Shown: positions 37,068 through 51,659 of the stretch, in pieces | Numbering within the stretch: position 1 is the first letter of the stretch | Layout of the letters: every line of letters begins with the position of its first letter | Assembly (NCBI GenBank): GCA_002269645.1 | Contig: NIVC01001547.1 | Span: 207,025 to 271,024, forward strand | Source of the DNA: Macrostomum lignano | Taxonomy: Eukaryota | Length of the DNA: 64,000 nucleotides | Reading direction: 5' to 3' | Position numbers and translations under genes: made by a program | Notes under the pieces: generated by a model | Database searches by the model: none | What the model was told of the DNA's origin: nothing | Seen by the model: the letters and a program-made list of their open reading frames with translations, nothing else

Positions 37068-40000
37068 ATGGCTGATTTTCCTGAGACATTTGAGACCGAA
37101 AGCCCAGCTACTAGTAAGTGCAAACCTACAATAAAATTATTTAGCAAATAAATTCGAACAAACATAGGCTGATTGATTCCTCTGAGTAATTTTTCCCACA
37201 TTTAAATTTTCAGTATTGCATGAAATTTCAACAGCTTCAGGTCTGTTAGATGTTTAAAACCAAATTTATTACTAATTTAAAATCATTCTCCAATACTTTT
37301 AATAAGCTGCATATGCTTCATAATTGCAGAAACTACAGAAGCAAGTCGTGCTACTCGCAGTGCATTTGGTAAGATGCGCGCATAGGGGGGTTTGGGGGGG
37401 GGGGGGCAGAGCTGTTCTGCGGTGAACGCGTCGGATCAATATTGGCCAAGAAAGATTTGTCATGCGATTTAAACCCCCGATGACCAGTACTCAACACACA
37501 GAGAGTGTGCATGTTGGACGATTAGACAGTCAAGGGCTGCTGTACACCCTATTTTTTAAGTTTCTTTCAAAAACTTACAGGAGCCATTCAAGATGTACAG
37601 GCAGGATCGAAGCTTCCCAGCTGGCAGGGAACATTCGGTGAGCACTTCTCAAGGACACATTAAGTAGGCTATCTTTTAGTTGTCCTTTGCACTTCAACTA
37701 TAACATGCAGTTTTGTAAAATTTTTACAATTGTAGCTTATCAGAGGCTACTGCTAGTATTCGCTGATGAGACTACAGCGAAGATGGACAGCTACATTGAA
37801 TTTATGAGCTCTCGTTGCGGCTTTTACACTGAGAAGCTCGCCCTGAACAGTCACCTTGCCGAATCCGAGACACTATCTCGAGCACCAGTCAGGCAGATTG
37901 TCTGCCTAGTAATTTTCTCCGCTTCGCAGCCACAGCGCTACATGAAGGACTACCTAGATTTTCTGAACCAATTTGACGAATCCGTGGATCAGCTACTGCT
38001 GTACTGCAACTTGTCCGAGACAGAGACCCAAATCGATCAGGATCTGCGAAATCAATTCTGCAGCAGTGCCTTTCCTTATCGAAAGTCTAGCATTGCTTAC
38101 ACTTTCGGAACTTCCTATGGAGTCGGACGATTTTTTGATAAATTTAAGAACGATTGCAACTTGAAATGGAATCGTACTGTTGGCCTTTGTGACGTCCTGG
38201 AATCACTTGATATGGACCAGTCGTCTGAACTTTACATTAAAAAGCCTAGGAGCGAAAAGTGCTTCTTCCCACGCGAAATATTTTACCCTTGCAGCTCACA
38301 AGAACTGATCAAAATAGCCGGCATTGAGTCCTTCACCAACCGAGTTGACCCGGATACTCTGGCGTTATACGGTGATTTTATATATCTGAACAGCCGCATA
38401 CAAAAGCCGCAGGCCTTGATCGTTCTAAACATCAAACTAGAGAGCGGCATGACAAACAAGTCAATGCACGCAGACTGGAGGCGCCTTCTTTGGCTGTTTG
38501 ATAAGCTCCAGTTCGAGGTCAAAGATGTTCAAACAGACGCGTCAAGCTGCAGTCAGCTTGAAGAATGCGTGAAGACTTTTGCTGATTCTGAGTTGCACGG
38601 TGACTCCTGCTGCCTGGTTGTGCTCTCCGAAGGCTGGCTAGAAAGCAGCTGCATTGACAGCATCAGTAAGAGCATGGCCTTCGGAAAGCTTATCAAGGGT
38701 AAGCCGAGGCTGATCATCATTCAGGAGTACCAACCGAAGTCCTCAGAAGCATCGGATGCTGCGCCGAAGTCGCTCCCCCAATTCCTGCCTGACGCAGTGG
38801 AAGCGATGCGATTGCAGTTCAGAAACGACAAGCCTGAGGTCAGAGTCCATCCGCTAAGCGGAACCGTCTGGTGTCAGTCCGAAGCGTCGGACACCGAAAG
38901 CGACAATGCGACACCGCTGATTGGATCCATCTGCGAGACTTTCATCAATCACTCAGCCATCGAGGATTTGGTTTCGATGATTTCAATCATCAACGAGAGA
39001 CTGCAGGACGCCCCACCCACTTGGTGTGTGCAAACTGCCAAACTTTTCTATGTTGGAAATACTGAGTTCACAGGGAGCGGAAGCGCAAGTAAGTTTGTTT
39101 GAGTTTTTGAAAAAATAAGCAGATTGTTTAATAAAGTTTTCTGTCAAAATTTTCAATTCCAGGCAAGGCTCAATCCGAAAATACCCCTGAAAATCCTGCA
39201 CCTGCAACCGATCCGTTAGCGACTTTGCAGACAATGCAAGGCTTAGCAGCAGAGTCGGACAAGCCGCGTCCCATTCTCGATCAAAACAGTAAGAATGAAC
39301 TAAAAATTTGAGACAAAAATCGATTTGGAGGTCCCAAAATTTTTGAAGCTATAAACTTAATGAATTTCAGATCGCCCTGGAGTAGCACTGATTCTCACTG
39401 AAGGCTTGTTCGACAAAGTCCGAGATTATCAAATGTTTCTGGATTTTGCTGGCTTTCAAGTAATCTCGGAACGAATCGATGGTATTAGCGCTTCTTTGAG
39501 AGAAATTGTGACTTCATCGGCCGCTCAAAGCCCGCTAGCAGTTGTGCTGATCGTTAAGAAGCACCAGGCCGGAGCCGGCGTAGATGATGTAATTGCGTGC
39601 ATGTCGGAGACTGCAACCAAGCACGAAAACAGTTCCCTACTCATCTACTTTGAGATACTAGGTACTGATGAGCTGCCCTCTGAGATTCGCTTACCGGATG
39701 AACTGCCAGAGAAGTTCAGCATGGTTTGCTACCAGGGCACTCGAGACCGAATCAATCTCTGCCTTGACTTATTTCTAAAAACGCCGAGGAAGAATCTTAA
39801 AAGCAGTCCAATTGTTGGTTACAATTTTGAGAAGCTACGTACTAGGAAAAAAGAGCCAAAAATGATTTACCAATCCAGCGATAGCAATCCTGGTTGGAAG
39901 CTGACACCCAAATGGCCAGAGAGCCGAAATATCAGGGGTGACGACATCATGAAACAGGACTTATTCCGCACAGCCAGTATGCGAAAGAAATGGTTCCCAA

Positions 40001-40800
40001 AGAAACCTATTCTACAGAATGTCACTATGCAGAGCAGGGCTCTAATCGTTCAGAATATTGTCTTCAAATCCGGCGAGATCAGATTTGGCACCCAGAACGA
40101 CTGTCAGAGGCTGACGGAATGTCTTACAGGCTTGGGGTTTCGAGTGTCAATCAGAACGAACCTCACGGCAGCTGAAATCTTGCAAACTGTGCAGCTCTTT
40201 GCTGGTGCCAACGACCACGGCCGCTCCTGCATCTTGGCAATCATGTCCCATGGATATCTGGGAAAATTTTTGGGATGCGACGAAAGGACTGTGAAAGAAG
40301 CAGATATTATTGATCAGCTGAGCAAAGGCAGTGGGCTTCAGGGTAGATCAAAGTTTGTTGTGTTTCAAGCGTGCAGGCCATTGGAAGAACCACATTCCAG
40401 CAGCTCAGCAGAGCGATTGATTAGACCCTATCCCGACATGGTGATTTCTCACTGCACCTCCCCAGAGGAGTTCGGTTATCGAAATCGCTTCGAAGGTAGC
40501 TGGTTCGTGCAGAGCCTGTGCTCCGTGCTTAATGAATGCGGAGCCGATGCGGACATCCTATCAGTGATAACTGCGGTGAACTACATGGTTTTGGCCTGCT
40601 TCAATCGGTCCGACTGTAAAGATGAGCGAACTCAGCAGCCGTGGTGGCTGCTGCAAACGAGAGGCGCTTTTGTGCTCGGCAGCGGCACACCAATGAAAGA
40701 AATCGGCGACACCAATCTTAGTTCAGCTGCACCTGCCGGGAGCCGAAAGTGTCGGGCAAGCGTTTGGAAAAAGTTGGAGGCCTTTTTCGCGAGGTGGTGA
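37068..40800 (+). CDS. Caspase-family gene B, ~1016 aa (exons 37068-37113, 37330-37368, 37581-37637, 37736-39088, 39163-39288, 39371-40800)
   Basis: Five GT-AG introns, all phase 1; the summed CDS is 3051 nt. Module 1 has VVLSEG and IQEYQ (dead); module 2 has IMSHG and FQACR (dyad intact). Paralogous to gene A throughout. Confidence 0.82.
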
Positions 40801-41329
40801 ATTTGTACTTCTTGTGTTATTATTGAGAAACTTTGCTTACTTGCTTCTCAACTTTACTTCTCAACTCCTGATTAGATAGTGTAATCCAATTTTTTTCTCT
40901 GGCCTTATTATTTTTAGCGTTAAATCTAACTGCTAATGCTTTGTTTGAGTCTTATTAATATGAAGATCGCAGAAGTAATGGAAAAATGTCTGACATTGAG
41001 GGTTGCTACAAGTCCAATTGGTTGTCATAACCAAACTAAAGTGCCACTGTAGTGGATTATATGCTGCACCGCAAATTCTAAAAACATTAGACGTTTCAAC
41101 TCAAATTTAAAAAGTGGTCACTATTTTTGCTTGAGTTCCACAAATAGCTCGTAGAAATGTCGATTTCGCCTCAAGAGCTGATGCACCTGTTAGATTATAT
41201 TATTGTTATGGCTGTTGCAGTTGCCGAGGTATTTCTGTCAGTAAATAGCTGTTAGGTTCAATATGGCCATATTTTGCATTATTTGATACTCGTAACCGAC
41301 TGCTCAGCCGCAGCTATTGCGCGGCGCAT

Positions 41330-41537
41330 CTGAAGGCTGCGTACGGCTGTTCAGTCCAAGAACTGGGGGGTCACCACACACCCTCAATTACCCCAGCGAA
41401 TGCTGGTAGCAGGGTGACCTGAAGCACTGCAGAGTTTAGTGTCTTGCTCAAGAACACAAATTGTTTTGTATAGGTCGAGAATCGAACTTCGGACCTTTCA
41501 GTCGTGAGTCCGACGCTCTAACCACTAGCTAGGTCGC
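41330..41537 (-). mobile_element. tRNA-derived SINE with a CORE-like motif
   Basis: TAGCTAGTGGTTAGAGCG (A box), GTTCGATTC (B box), then TGTGTTCTTGAGCAAGACACTAAACTC resembling the CORE consensus. The 3' boundary is approximate. Confidence 0.65.
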
Positions 41538-42119
41538 AAGCCCTCATTATATTTTGTATTATTTGAGACTTTGAGCCTGGTGGAACAATCTCTAGGCGAA
41601 ACTAACCTTTTATGTGTGCGTCAAATGCAACAAAAAAGTGAAGTCTTTTTATTTTGAGGTGACATACAGTGTTTTGGGATCGTAAGCTGCACTCTTAAAT
41701 CGTGCACATTTCGCCAGACGCCTGTTTTCGCTATCTTTGTTCTCTATCACTTTCAGTCCCTAATTATTTTTCGTTCTGAAAGACAATACAATAGGTGATA
41801 TGTAACAACTTCTTGAAATGATTATTTTAAAGCCTAATAAAACTGAAGCATGACAAAACTAACAAGAAAACTGTTAACTGTAAACACTAACTTCCTGTAT
41901 TTCATTGGCTCGCATTTGAACGAGATGTTGTTGTCATTGTCATGCTGTCACTCATCAAATATGTCAAAATCTACTGTCAAGGAATTCTGAAACGTTAAGA
42001 GTGCTTTATGGGCGGTTATACATGTAGGCCGCGTACGTACAGTGTGTACAAAGTGTGTTAGGGGGGTGACGTCGGCGTTGGGGGTTTTTGTTGGGGGCTA
42101 GTTAACCGCAGCCTCAGCC

Positions 42120-42630
42120 ACTGCTACCGCTCAACGATCGGGTCAGGACCTGCGCGATGAGATCGAAGCGACCGAAGAACGCATCGGGCTACTGAGGCTT
42201 CAAAACGGGGAAGCGAAGTTGAGCTCAGCGCAAGACGCCATGGCACGAAGACTGGTGGTAAGCCTGCTTTTTCTGCTGGTTGGGGCGCAACTCATTCAGC
42301 CTTTAAGAATATTCCCCTACTGGCGCAAGATGCTGAACCCACCATGAGAGGGCCACTTCTGATTTCTGACTTTGTCAAAGACTCGGGAAATGTCATCACT
42401 GGCAATAAAAAAGGTACAAATATCGAACTGAAGCCGCAGGAGCATTTAGCAAGTGGATTAAGTGCGAAGGCAATAATTTTCCCGTCCCTGATTGAATCTG
42501 GCAAGGTGTTGACTGGGAAGCGCGCGCTGCTCCAAGGCTGCATGAATACCTTGCCTACAACCGTCAGTTAGGCAAGCTGGTGAATTGTGGCTTTGACTTC
42601 AGACGCAGGTATTGAGTCAGTGGCATTCGA
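42120..42630 (+). pseudogene. Degenerate DIRS/Ngaro-type gag-like remnant
   Basis: PLLISDFV...LSAKAIIFPSLIESGKV, then in a shifted frame EYLAYNRQLGKL; resembles tyrosine-recombinase retrotransposon gag motifs (visual recognition only). Confidence 0.4.
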
Positions 42631-42911
42631 GTTGGCCTCACTCCAAGCAAACGAATCCGTCACACAGGCTGCCAAGAACGAGCAAGCTCGCAGCCTGCTG
42701 GAGTGCTCAGTCCTGTGCTTCGCCGTTTTTTTAACTCCATGAATCTGAATTTGGCTTCTTTGGCAAGGAGTATCTAATTTCTCAATGACAGGCTGTCGGT
42801 TATTTGTCTAAGTTGGCTAGCTCGTACATACAATGGCTCAAAATTCGCATGAAAAAGTACGACCCCATATTCAAAAATGGCGGCACTTGTACTTTTAATT
42901 CCTTCTTTAAC

Positions 42912-44608
<1,697 letters not shown>

Positions 44609-45079
44609 TAGGGCTATGCCAGCATTTTGTCATTGATAGATAGATTTGTCTGATGCATTAAATAATTGCCCTCCCACTGCACTCTCAGATTTCTAAAAAA
44701 AATAAGTTGAAAAAAGGTTTCACCGTGTTTCACTGAACTGATGAAATCGTAAATTCGGGATAGTCCGTTTATATTAAATGATAGTTATATAAAAACGGGA
44801 TAGCAACGTGTCCCTAGATAAAAGAAATGATAATCGACGGGGTTTCTAATATATAATGACGGCTGACTTGGAGAGGAAAAAGGTTATTGTTTACACACTT
44901 TTTAACAACTAGGCTCGTATTAGTCACAATCTGAGAGCCGATTTTCGTTCAAATAAATAACATGCTTTGAATTTGAACTCAAGAAGATTCTATCGTAATG
45001 TAGAACAGTTTAGAGAAGACGGCAATATAGGATCTTGAGACTGCAAATGTTTGATACTGAAGCATAAATAACTTTAATT

Positions 45080-46749
45080 CTATAAGTGATTCTCCGACAC
45101 CTCTCCGGAGAGAGGAATTCGGCTTGACTTGGGCTGCTGTTGATCCACCCGATCCGCCATCGCTTCTGCCGGCCCTTCAAATAGACTCTGCGTACTAACA
45201 AGGAAAAACTTCTTATGCGTCTGCACTGTCCAGCATGGCAGCTGTAGTGACAGAACTTCTCCATTCAGTTCAGGCTGTTTAAATCCCCGAACCATGGCGA
45301 AGTTGATCCTGGTGAGCATGGAGACCAGATCCTCTTTATGGGCGAACTCGTAAAAGGTTGCGCACAGGGCTAAAATGAAGCGACTGCCGTAACTACTTCG
45401 AAAAGCGAAGTCCCCAGGCGATGTCGAATGGGCCACGATCAGCCCGCTCTGCTCAGGCGGCGGCTCAGATCCGCTGGCAGGATTGCCTTGGTGAATGCCC
45501 ACCTGGATGGCCATCTCCGTCATCATCGCGCAGACTCTCTCCGAGTTCGCCGCCAGTTTTCCGGCGACGGCCTCGCTCAAATCGATCCGACAGGCTTGAA
45601 TGAGAACCAGTCTGGGCTTGGCTCTGACACCGGCGCCTCTGGACATCAGTTGGAGTATTTCAAACTCTTCAACAATGCCCAATTTTTCCCCTCTTCTGTA
45701 GTCTGTGCCGCAGATAATGCCGAGGCTACCGTGCGACATGATAGCCAGGACGCAAGCGTCTCCATGGCTGTCATCGTTGGCAAAGTTTCTCACCGCCTCC
45801 CGCATCTGCTCAGCTGTCAGGTTAACCATTTCTGTCACACTGAACTGCATAAGAGTCAGCACGTGACGCAGGTTTTTAAAATCCATGTAGCTCTCGGGTC
45901 GATTCGAGGTTGGAAGCACGAAACTTACGTTATGAATTATCAGAGCTTTTTTAGTAGCACGATTTCCAATGTAGTAAACCAGATCGTCAATCGGATTGGG
46001 ATCAATCTTCAGTCTCTCGACTGTTTCGGCGTCCAGCTGCTTCAGGTGCGATCCGTCGCCAATAATTCTGGCGAACTCCTCCCTGTCCTTCAGCATTTTC
46101 ACCGGCAGCCGTGGCTGGATGAACTCGCCAGTCAAGCCATTCTGCGTCTTCAACCTGAACTTATCGAAAACTTCGCTCTCGATTTCGTACTGAATCAACT
46201 CGCCGAGACCCCTGCTGTGCCACTTTCTCTTTTTTAGATCAGCGAGCAGCTGCAGGAAGGTCCTCACTTCATCTCGCATCTTCACGGTGATGCTCATGAG
46301 CACCATGTTGCGCAGCTTCCCTCGACACTCGTCTGGCCTCATCAGCTTAACGCAATCGGCTTTCTCTTCGGCGTCCGTGTTGGAGATTCTGCAGAATATA
46401 AGCAGCTTCTGCGTTGAGTCATTTGCAGCCAAAAGCAGTTTGACAATTTCGTCAAGATCGGCGGGTTCGTCAGACTCAAGCAGTACGACCACAACCAGCT
46501 GTTTTGCGTCCTTCGCTACGTCCTCGATTCCATTTTTTATGTCGCTAAAATCGGTCGATGGTACATAGTTGACAATGAATCCGCAGCGGTCCAAGAAGCG
46601 CTCATAGTCGCGAATTTCTAAGCAGCAGTTGACTTCCTGATTGTAAGCCTGGTTGAATATAACAGCCCTGCATTGTCCACTGAATGAAGGCAGCTGGACG
46701 GGTTTCGGCGTTGGCGTTGTTTGCGGACGCGGTAGCAAAATTTGTTCGA
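45080..46749 (-). CDS. Caspase-family gene C (single module-2-type unit), convergent with genes A and B; 5' exons unresolved
   Basis: Phase-1 acceptor at 46750-46751. KALIIHN, IMSHGSLG, LIQACRI and AHSTSPGDFAFRSSYGSRFI. Confidence 0.88.
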
Positions 46750-48631
46750 CTGTAATTTAAACACATTAAGAATATTTTTTTTAAAACTATTGATGAACTT
46801 ACATGAACATATAACTTATAGTGTATGTGCACTGCTCAGTTTTTGGTCTGTGGACCGGCTACTTCAAACTACATGTAGTACCATTATATAGCATATAGTA
46901 TGTACGAGTATATTGCAATAGTTATGTGATCGCAGATACCATTTTATATCTGCTGTACGCTCGTATACTGCTACCTGTACCAGCATTTGAAGTGCTTTGT
47001 CAGTGCCCCAGCAGCCCACACTGCACCAGGCCGATACTGCGCGACCCAACGTCAAAGTAGGCAATCTCTCTACCCGGAGCGTCCTAATTCCCGGAGACCA
47101 CTCGCTATATAATACCAATAGTAACAGTGGGCTGAGGGCCTGGGGCTTTGAAATCTTCACTTACGCTACAAATTCGTACCTTAATGTAAGTAAACCTCGA
47201 CATACTGCTAAAAAACAAGGGGTATTGCAAAATTTTCGCAGAATGTGTCTACTGCAAACGACGGAAAATATCGAAATTCTGAGCTGAGAAATTCTAGCTA
47301 AAACTCCATGCACATCTGCTCTATTTTAAATGATGAACTGTAAAGCAAAGGACTGAGTTTGGTGCCACTGTCACTCAGGTAAGAGTCATTCGAATTTCGC
47401 TTAAAAGTATTTCAAATAGCTAGTCTAAAGATTCATTGACAACCTCAAAGATATTAAAAAATTAATATCTGTGAATATAAATTTAGAACGGCTTCGACAT
47501 AAATAAAAACGAAAGCGTACCTTCGCCTTCGGTTTCGTTTGGAATATTTGTGGGAGCAGTCGATCGTTTAGGGGCATCGCAAGCCTCGGCCATAGTGGGT
47601 AGCCTCGGATGCTATATAGCTTGTTTTGTGGCTTCTGCTTGAAAACACAGCAACAAGAATGCATAGCTACAGTGTATAGCTGCTTTTTATAGAACCTACA
47701 GTTAGAGGCTACGTGTATAGAGCCCATTTATGGTGCCAAACGTAAATTGTGACGTCTGTTTCTATAATTAAACAGTTCTGGAAAAGAGATTTGCTAGATA
47801 GATACGCTTTATATGGCCTAAGGGCCCAGATATTCTGCAGTTTAATACAGACTGCTTTGCATGATATGGAAGATACGAATTCAAGAAATATACGAGCGTA
47901 CGATGCAATTTACGAAACTGTAATACACTACCGCTACAGTTTGACCAGTGCAACTTGCATTCGTTGCGGATGTGTTAGTTAAAGCATTGATAAATAAATC
48001 CGAAGATATAGCTACACAAATTAACTTCAGGGGCACATTGTAGCTGTACCTGTTATTAGCCATTTTAAAAGAAAAGAGTCGAGTTACAGCTTCTGCATGA
48101 TCCCTTTGGTTTAATTTGTTTAATCAAATTCCTTAGCCTAATTAAGAAGCTAACGTTATGGAGCTGATTTTTGGGTGCCTTAATACTTAATTTGTTGAAA
48201 TTTGTTGAAAATTTAACTCAATGAAAGTACAAGTTAAGGAATATTTCACTTAGATAGAAATATAACTGCTAATTTGATAAATAAATTGCTAAGAGTTCTA
48301 GGACATATTGACAGAATCGTTATCTAGTTGATAACAATTTCTAGAAGCGAAGAATGTTTAAGTAGTTATTGTGACTTCAGCACCGATACATAAGCGAGTA
48401 CATACATGTAAGGCTTTTTGTCCAAGCTTGATTCACAATTGACTCAAAGTTATCAAAGTGACGTACTTGAATGCAAACTTTCATAATCGGATTTCTTTAT
48501 TTGATAAAATTGTCTCTTAGCAAAAGTCAAATCATAGCGTTATCAATTTTAGAACATAGTCATATTTCGCGCATTGTCGAGCTGTCTTACATTTTTAATT
48601 CATTCTCTTTGCATTTTTCATTCTCTTCTGT

Positions 48632-48775
48632 TTGAAGATTGGGGTTAGTTTTGCAGATTGAGAGCCGGTGGTTTTGAAGATTGGGGGCCGGCGATTTTAG
48701 AGATTGGGGGCCGGTGGTTTTGGAGATTAGGGGCTGGTGGTTTTGGAGATTGGGGGCTGGTGGTTTTGGAGATTT
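48632..48775. repeat. ~23-bp minisatellite (TTTTGGAGATTGGGGGCTGGTGG), ~6 copies
   Basis: Direct reading. Confidence 0.8.
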
Positions 48776-48818
48776 GTTGTTTCACTACAGGATTTGAATT
48801 CGGCTCCTGCAAATGCCT

Positions 48819-48960
48819 AAGTGTACATGCCGAACGATAAATACAGTTAGGGCCACTGTGCACTCACTGTGTGAGTGTGTGCCTGTGCGTATGACTGCGT
48901 ACGTATCCGCGCGCTTGTGTGCCTGCTCAGGGGAGTCGGCGAAATGGGCAGTAATTCCAT
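48819..48960 (+). mobile_element. SINE 3' fragment (third copy of the family at 26130 and 35930)
   Basis: AAGTGTACATGCCGAACGATAAAATACAGTTAGGGCCACTGTGCACTCACTGTGTGAGTGTG matches the reverse complement of the other copies. Confidence 0.6.
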
Positions 48961-49188
48961 CCGACATTAGCCAGTGAATGTTGTGAACTGTTCAAGGAAA
49001 GAAAAGATATTAGAAAACTACGATATCACTACGCACTTTCTAGACATGGGTTTATAGCGCTGAAGAATATCACAAAGAGAACGAGCCAGTGCCATTTTTT
49101 AAAAAGCAGTTTGTTCAGCGACAACTGATTAATATGGAGTTTACTTCAATCATTGAGACCTCATTGGATTTTTAAAACGCACTCCGAA

Positions 49189-50014
49189 CTACGAACGAAT
49201 GTAGAACTCTCCAGGTGTTTTGTACAGAGCCGGATGAGGAATCAGCGGATACCTCAGCAGGTGGCAGGCAAGTCGCAGCCCATCAAACAGCACAGCCTCG
49301 CACTGACCAGCTTTGCACCTGGAAGTGCACTCGAGGCTGCTCATGGCGTTGTGAGTCCAGTAGAGCGGGCTGGTGTAGTTTGTGGCTGTAGTAATTGCGA
49401 TGTAGTTTCTGGGTGACTCAGCAAAGCTGACGCACTCTCGGCTGCCTGAAAATATTTGTTTTGAAAAGGAACTATATACCAAATAGCTTTGATTTTCGTT
49501 TTGTTCAGAAAAATCGTAACTAACTACCTGAGTACGTCAAGGCGTAAATAGAGTTTCTATCGCGCCCGCCGCACACCTGAGAGCGATCCCCCAGGCAGGA
49601 CATGTTGCACTCTTCTTTGCTGGCTGCAAACCCGTACCTGCCGTACGTATTGGAACAAGAGCAACAGCAGGCGTGCTGTACGCCAAAGTAGCTAAAGCCT
49701 CCAAGAGAGCAGACTGACGCACACAACTTCAGAGTCATATTCCTGTCAAAAACCACAGCCTGCTGGTAAAACATGCTGTGTCCGCCAAAATAGTGCACAC
49801 CGAACAGCGCATTCAGATCTCTGGCCCCGGGCTTGTTTGAGTCCACGAAGCATCCAATATAGCTGCTGGTTGCCGGCCTTGCCTCAGCAGTTTGGCAGGA
49901 TGTCAGCACTAGCAGGATGAGCAGAGAAGCTGAAGGCAACAAGGCAAGAAGACGAAATGAACATCTTCCATCTTGCTGCTGTTGGATTAGCACAACTGTT
50001 TTAGTAGCCATCAT
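49189..50014 (-). CDS. Secreted protein with a WSC domain and a PAN/apple-like domain (exons 50014-49528, 49445-49189)
   Basis: Hydrophobic leader (LLALLPSASLLILLVLTSC); WSC pattern YIGCFVD...MT..LC..VC...YFGVQ..C.C...CNMSCLGD..QVCGG; phase-1 GT-AG intron; exon 2 SSLECTSRC....CEAVLFD...CHLL. Confidence 0.8.
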
Positions 50015-50382
50015 TCTTCTTTCCACTGTTTAAATTTTTCATCCGTCTTAAGCGTTGGATTATATATTGAAATTTCCTGCCAATTTGTAGCAATTCACAA
50101 ATGTCACTCAAACTGAAGCGTCTCGATCTACAGGTTAATTGGCAGGTGTGAACAAGTTTTTGGAGAGGAACAAATTGCAATTAAAAATGTCAATCGACGG
50201 ACCTTGATTCATTATTTACCCAGCAACTGGTATGAGTTGCAATGTAAAATGCAAAGATGTTCTGCATACAAAATGATTTTCGATTTTGTTTCGTCAATCA
50301 ACTCGAGATAATTGATTGCTATCTGTTCTACTGTAAGTAACCCTTTTAGAGCGGTAGCATTTGAAAGGAAAATTTTAGGGAT

Positions 50383-50973
50383 GTCAACTTAAGCACCAGA
50401 ATGGAGCCCGAAGTTCAGCTCCGGCCCAAACCGACTGCAATCGATAAATTGTCGGCCCAGACGACTAGAATCGCCGAGACATCCCATCCGGCTCCCTTCC
50501 TTGGGGTCCCAGGGGATAAAGGGGATAAAATGGGGATCTCATGTCAACTTAAGGCTCTGGAATGGAGCCCGAAGTTCAGCTCCGGCCCAAACCGACTGCA
50601 ATCGATAACTTGTCGGCCCAGACGACTAGAATCGCAGAGACATCCCATCCGGCTCCCTTCCTTGGGGTCCCAGGGGATAAAGGGGATAAAATGGGGATCT
50701 CATGTCAACTTAAGGCTCTGGAATGGAGCCCGAAGTTCAGCTCCGGCCCAAACCGACTGCAATCGATAACTTGTCGGCCTAGACGACTAGAATCGCCGAG
50801 ACATCCCATCCGGCTCCCTTCCTTGGAGTCCCAGGGGACAAAGGGGATAAAATGGGGATCTCATGTCAACTTAAGGCTCTGGAATGGAGCCCGAAGTTCA
50901 GCTCCGGCCCAAACCGACTGCAATCGATAACTTGTCGGCCCAGACGACTAGAATCGCCGAGACATCCCATCCG
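50383..50973. repeat. 161-bp tandem repeat, ~3.6 copies
   Basis: AATGGAGCCCGAAGTTCAG recurs at 50400, 50561, 50722 and 50883. Confidence 0.95.
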
Positions 50974-51659
50974 GTTTCAAGTGACGAAGCTCTATTCAAT
51001 TCGAATATCGCATTAGCGGGTGTATTTTATTTCAGCTATTATATATTGATTGTTAAGTAATAAAAATGATTTGCTCGTATCGAAACAGTGTTAAAAATGC
51101 CGATCTGGAAACTCAATTTGAAAAAATTAACTGGTAAATTCATTTGGTTATTAGTAAGCAGAACTTTTGACGATAAACCGAAACCATGTATATTGGTAAA
51201 ATAAAGAATATCACGCAAGGCTGTACAAGTTATGACGTAATGGATACAAAGCATGTCATGCAAAGCTGTACAAGTTATCAAAGTAATAAAAACAAAGCAT
51301 GTCATGCAAAGCAGCACACGTTTTTAAGCAAATAAAGTAACGCCTCTCACGCATAGCTTAGTAAAATCATAATTGCAAAAGTTTCTCAGTCCTAAGAAAC
51401 GGTTTTTGAGTTTAAGTTCTTTGCTTCAGTAAAAAATACTTCCAATTTTTAGCTAATTGTGAGTCTAAAAGAAATTGAAAGAACTAATGCAAAGCTTTTG
51501 TTATTTGATGTCAGTCTGAATTATCTTCACATGTAACCTATGGTACGTAAAGAATGCGTGAGATGACATTGTTTCTTAGTCTGCATGTCCTTTAAAATCT
51601 GCAATACAAAACGTTCAGTACACTCGCTTAAAACAATTGTATTTTCGCTAAAAATGCTT

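Noticed and set aside
50401-50930. Two 122-aa ORFs in the 161-bp repeat
   Set aside because: Frame-cycling translations of a non-triplet tandem repeat.
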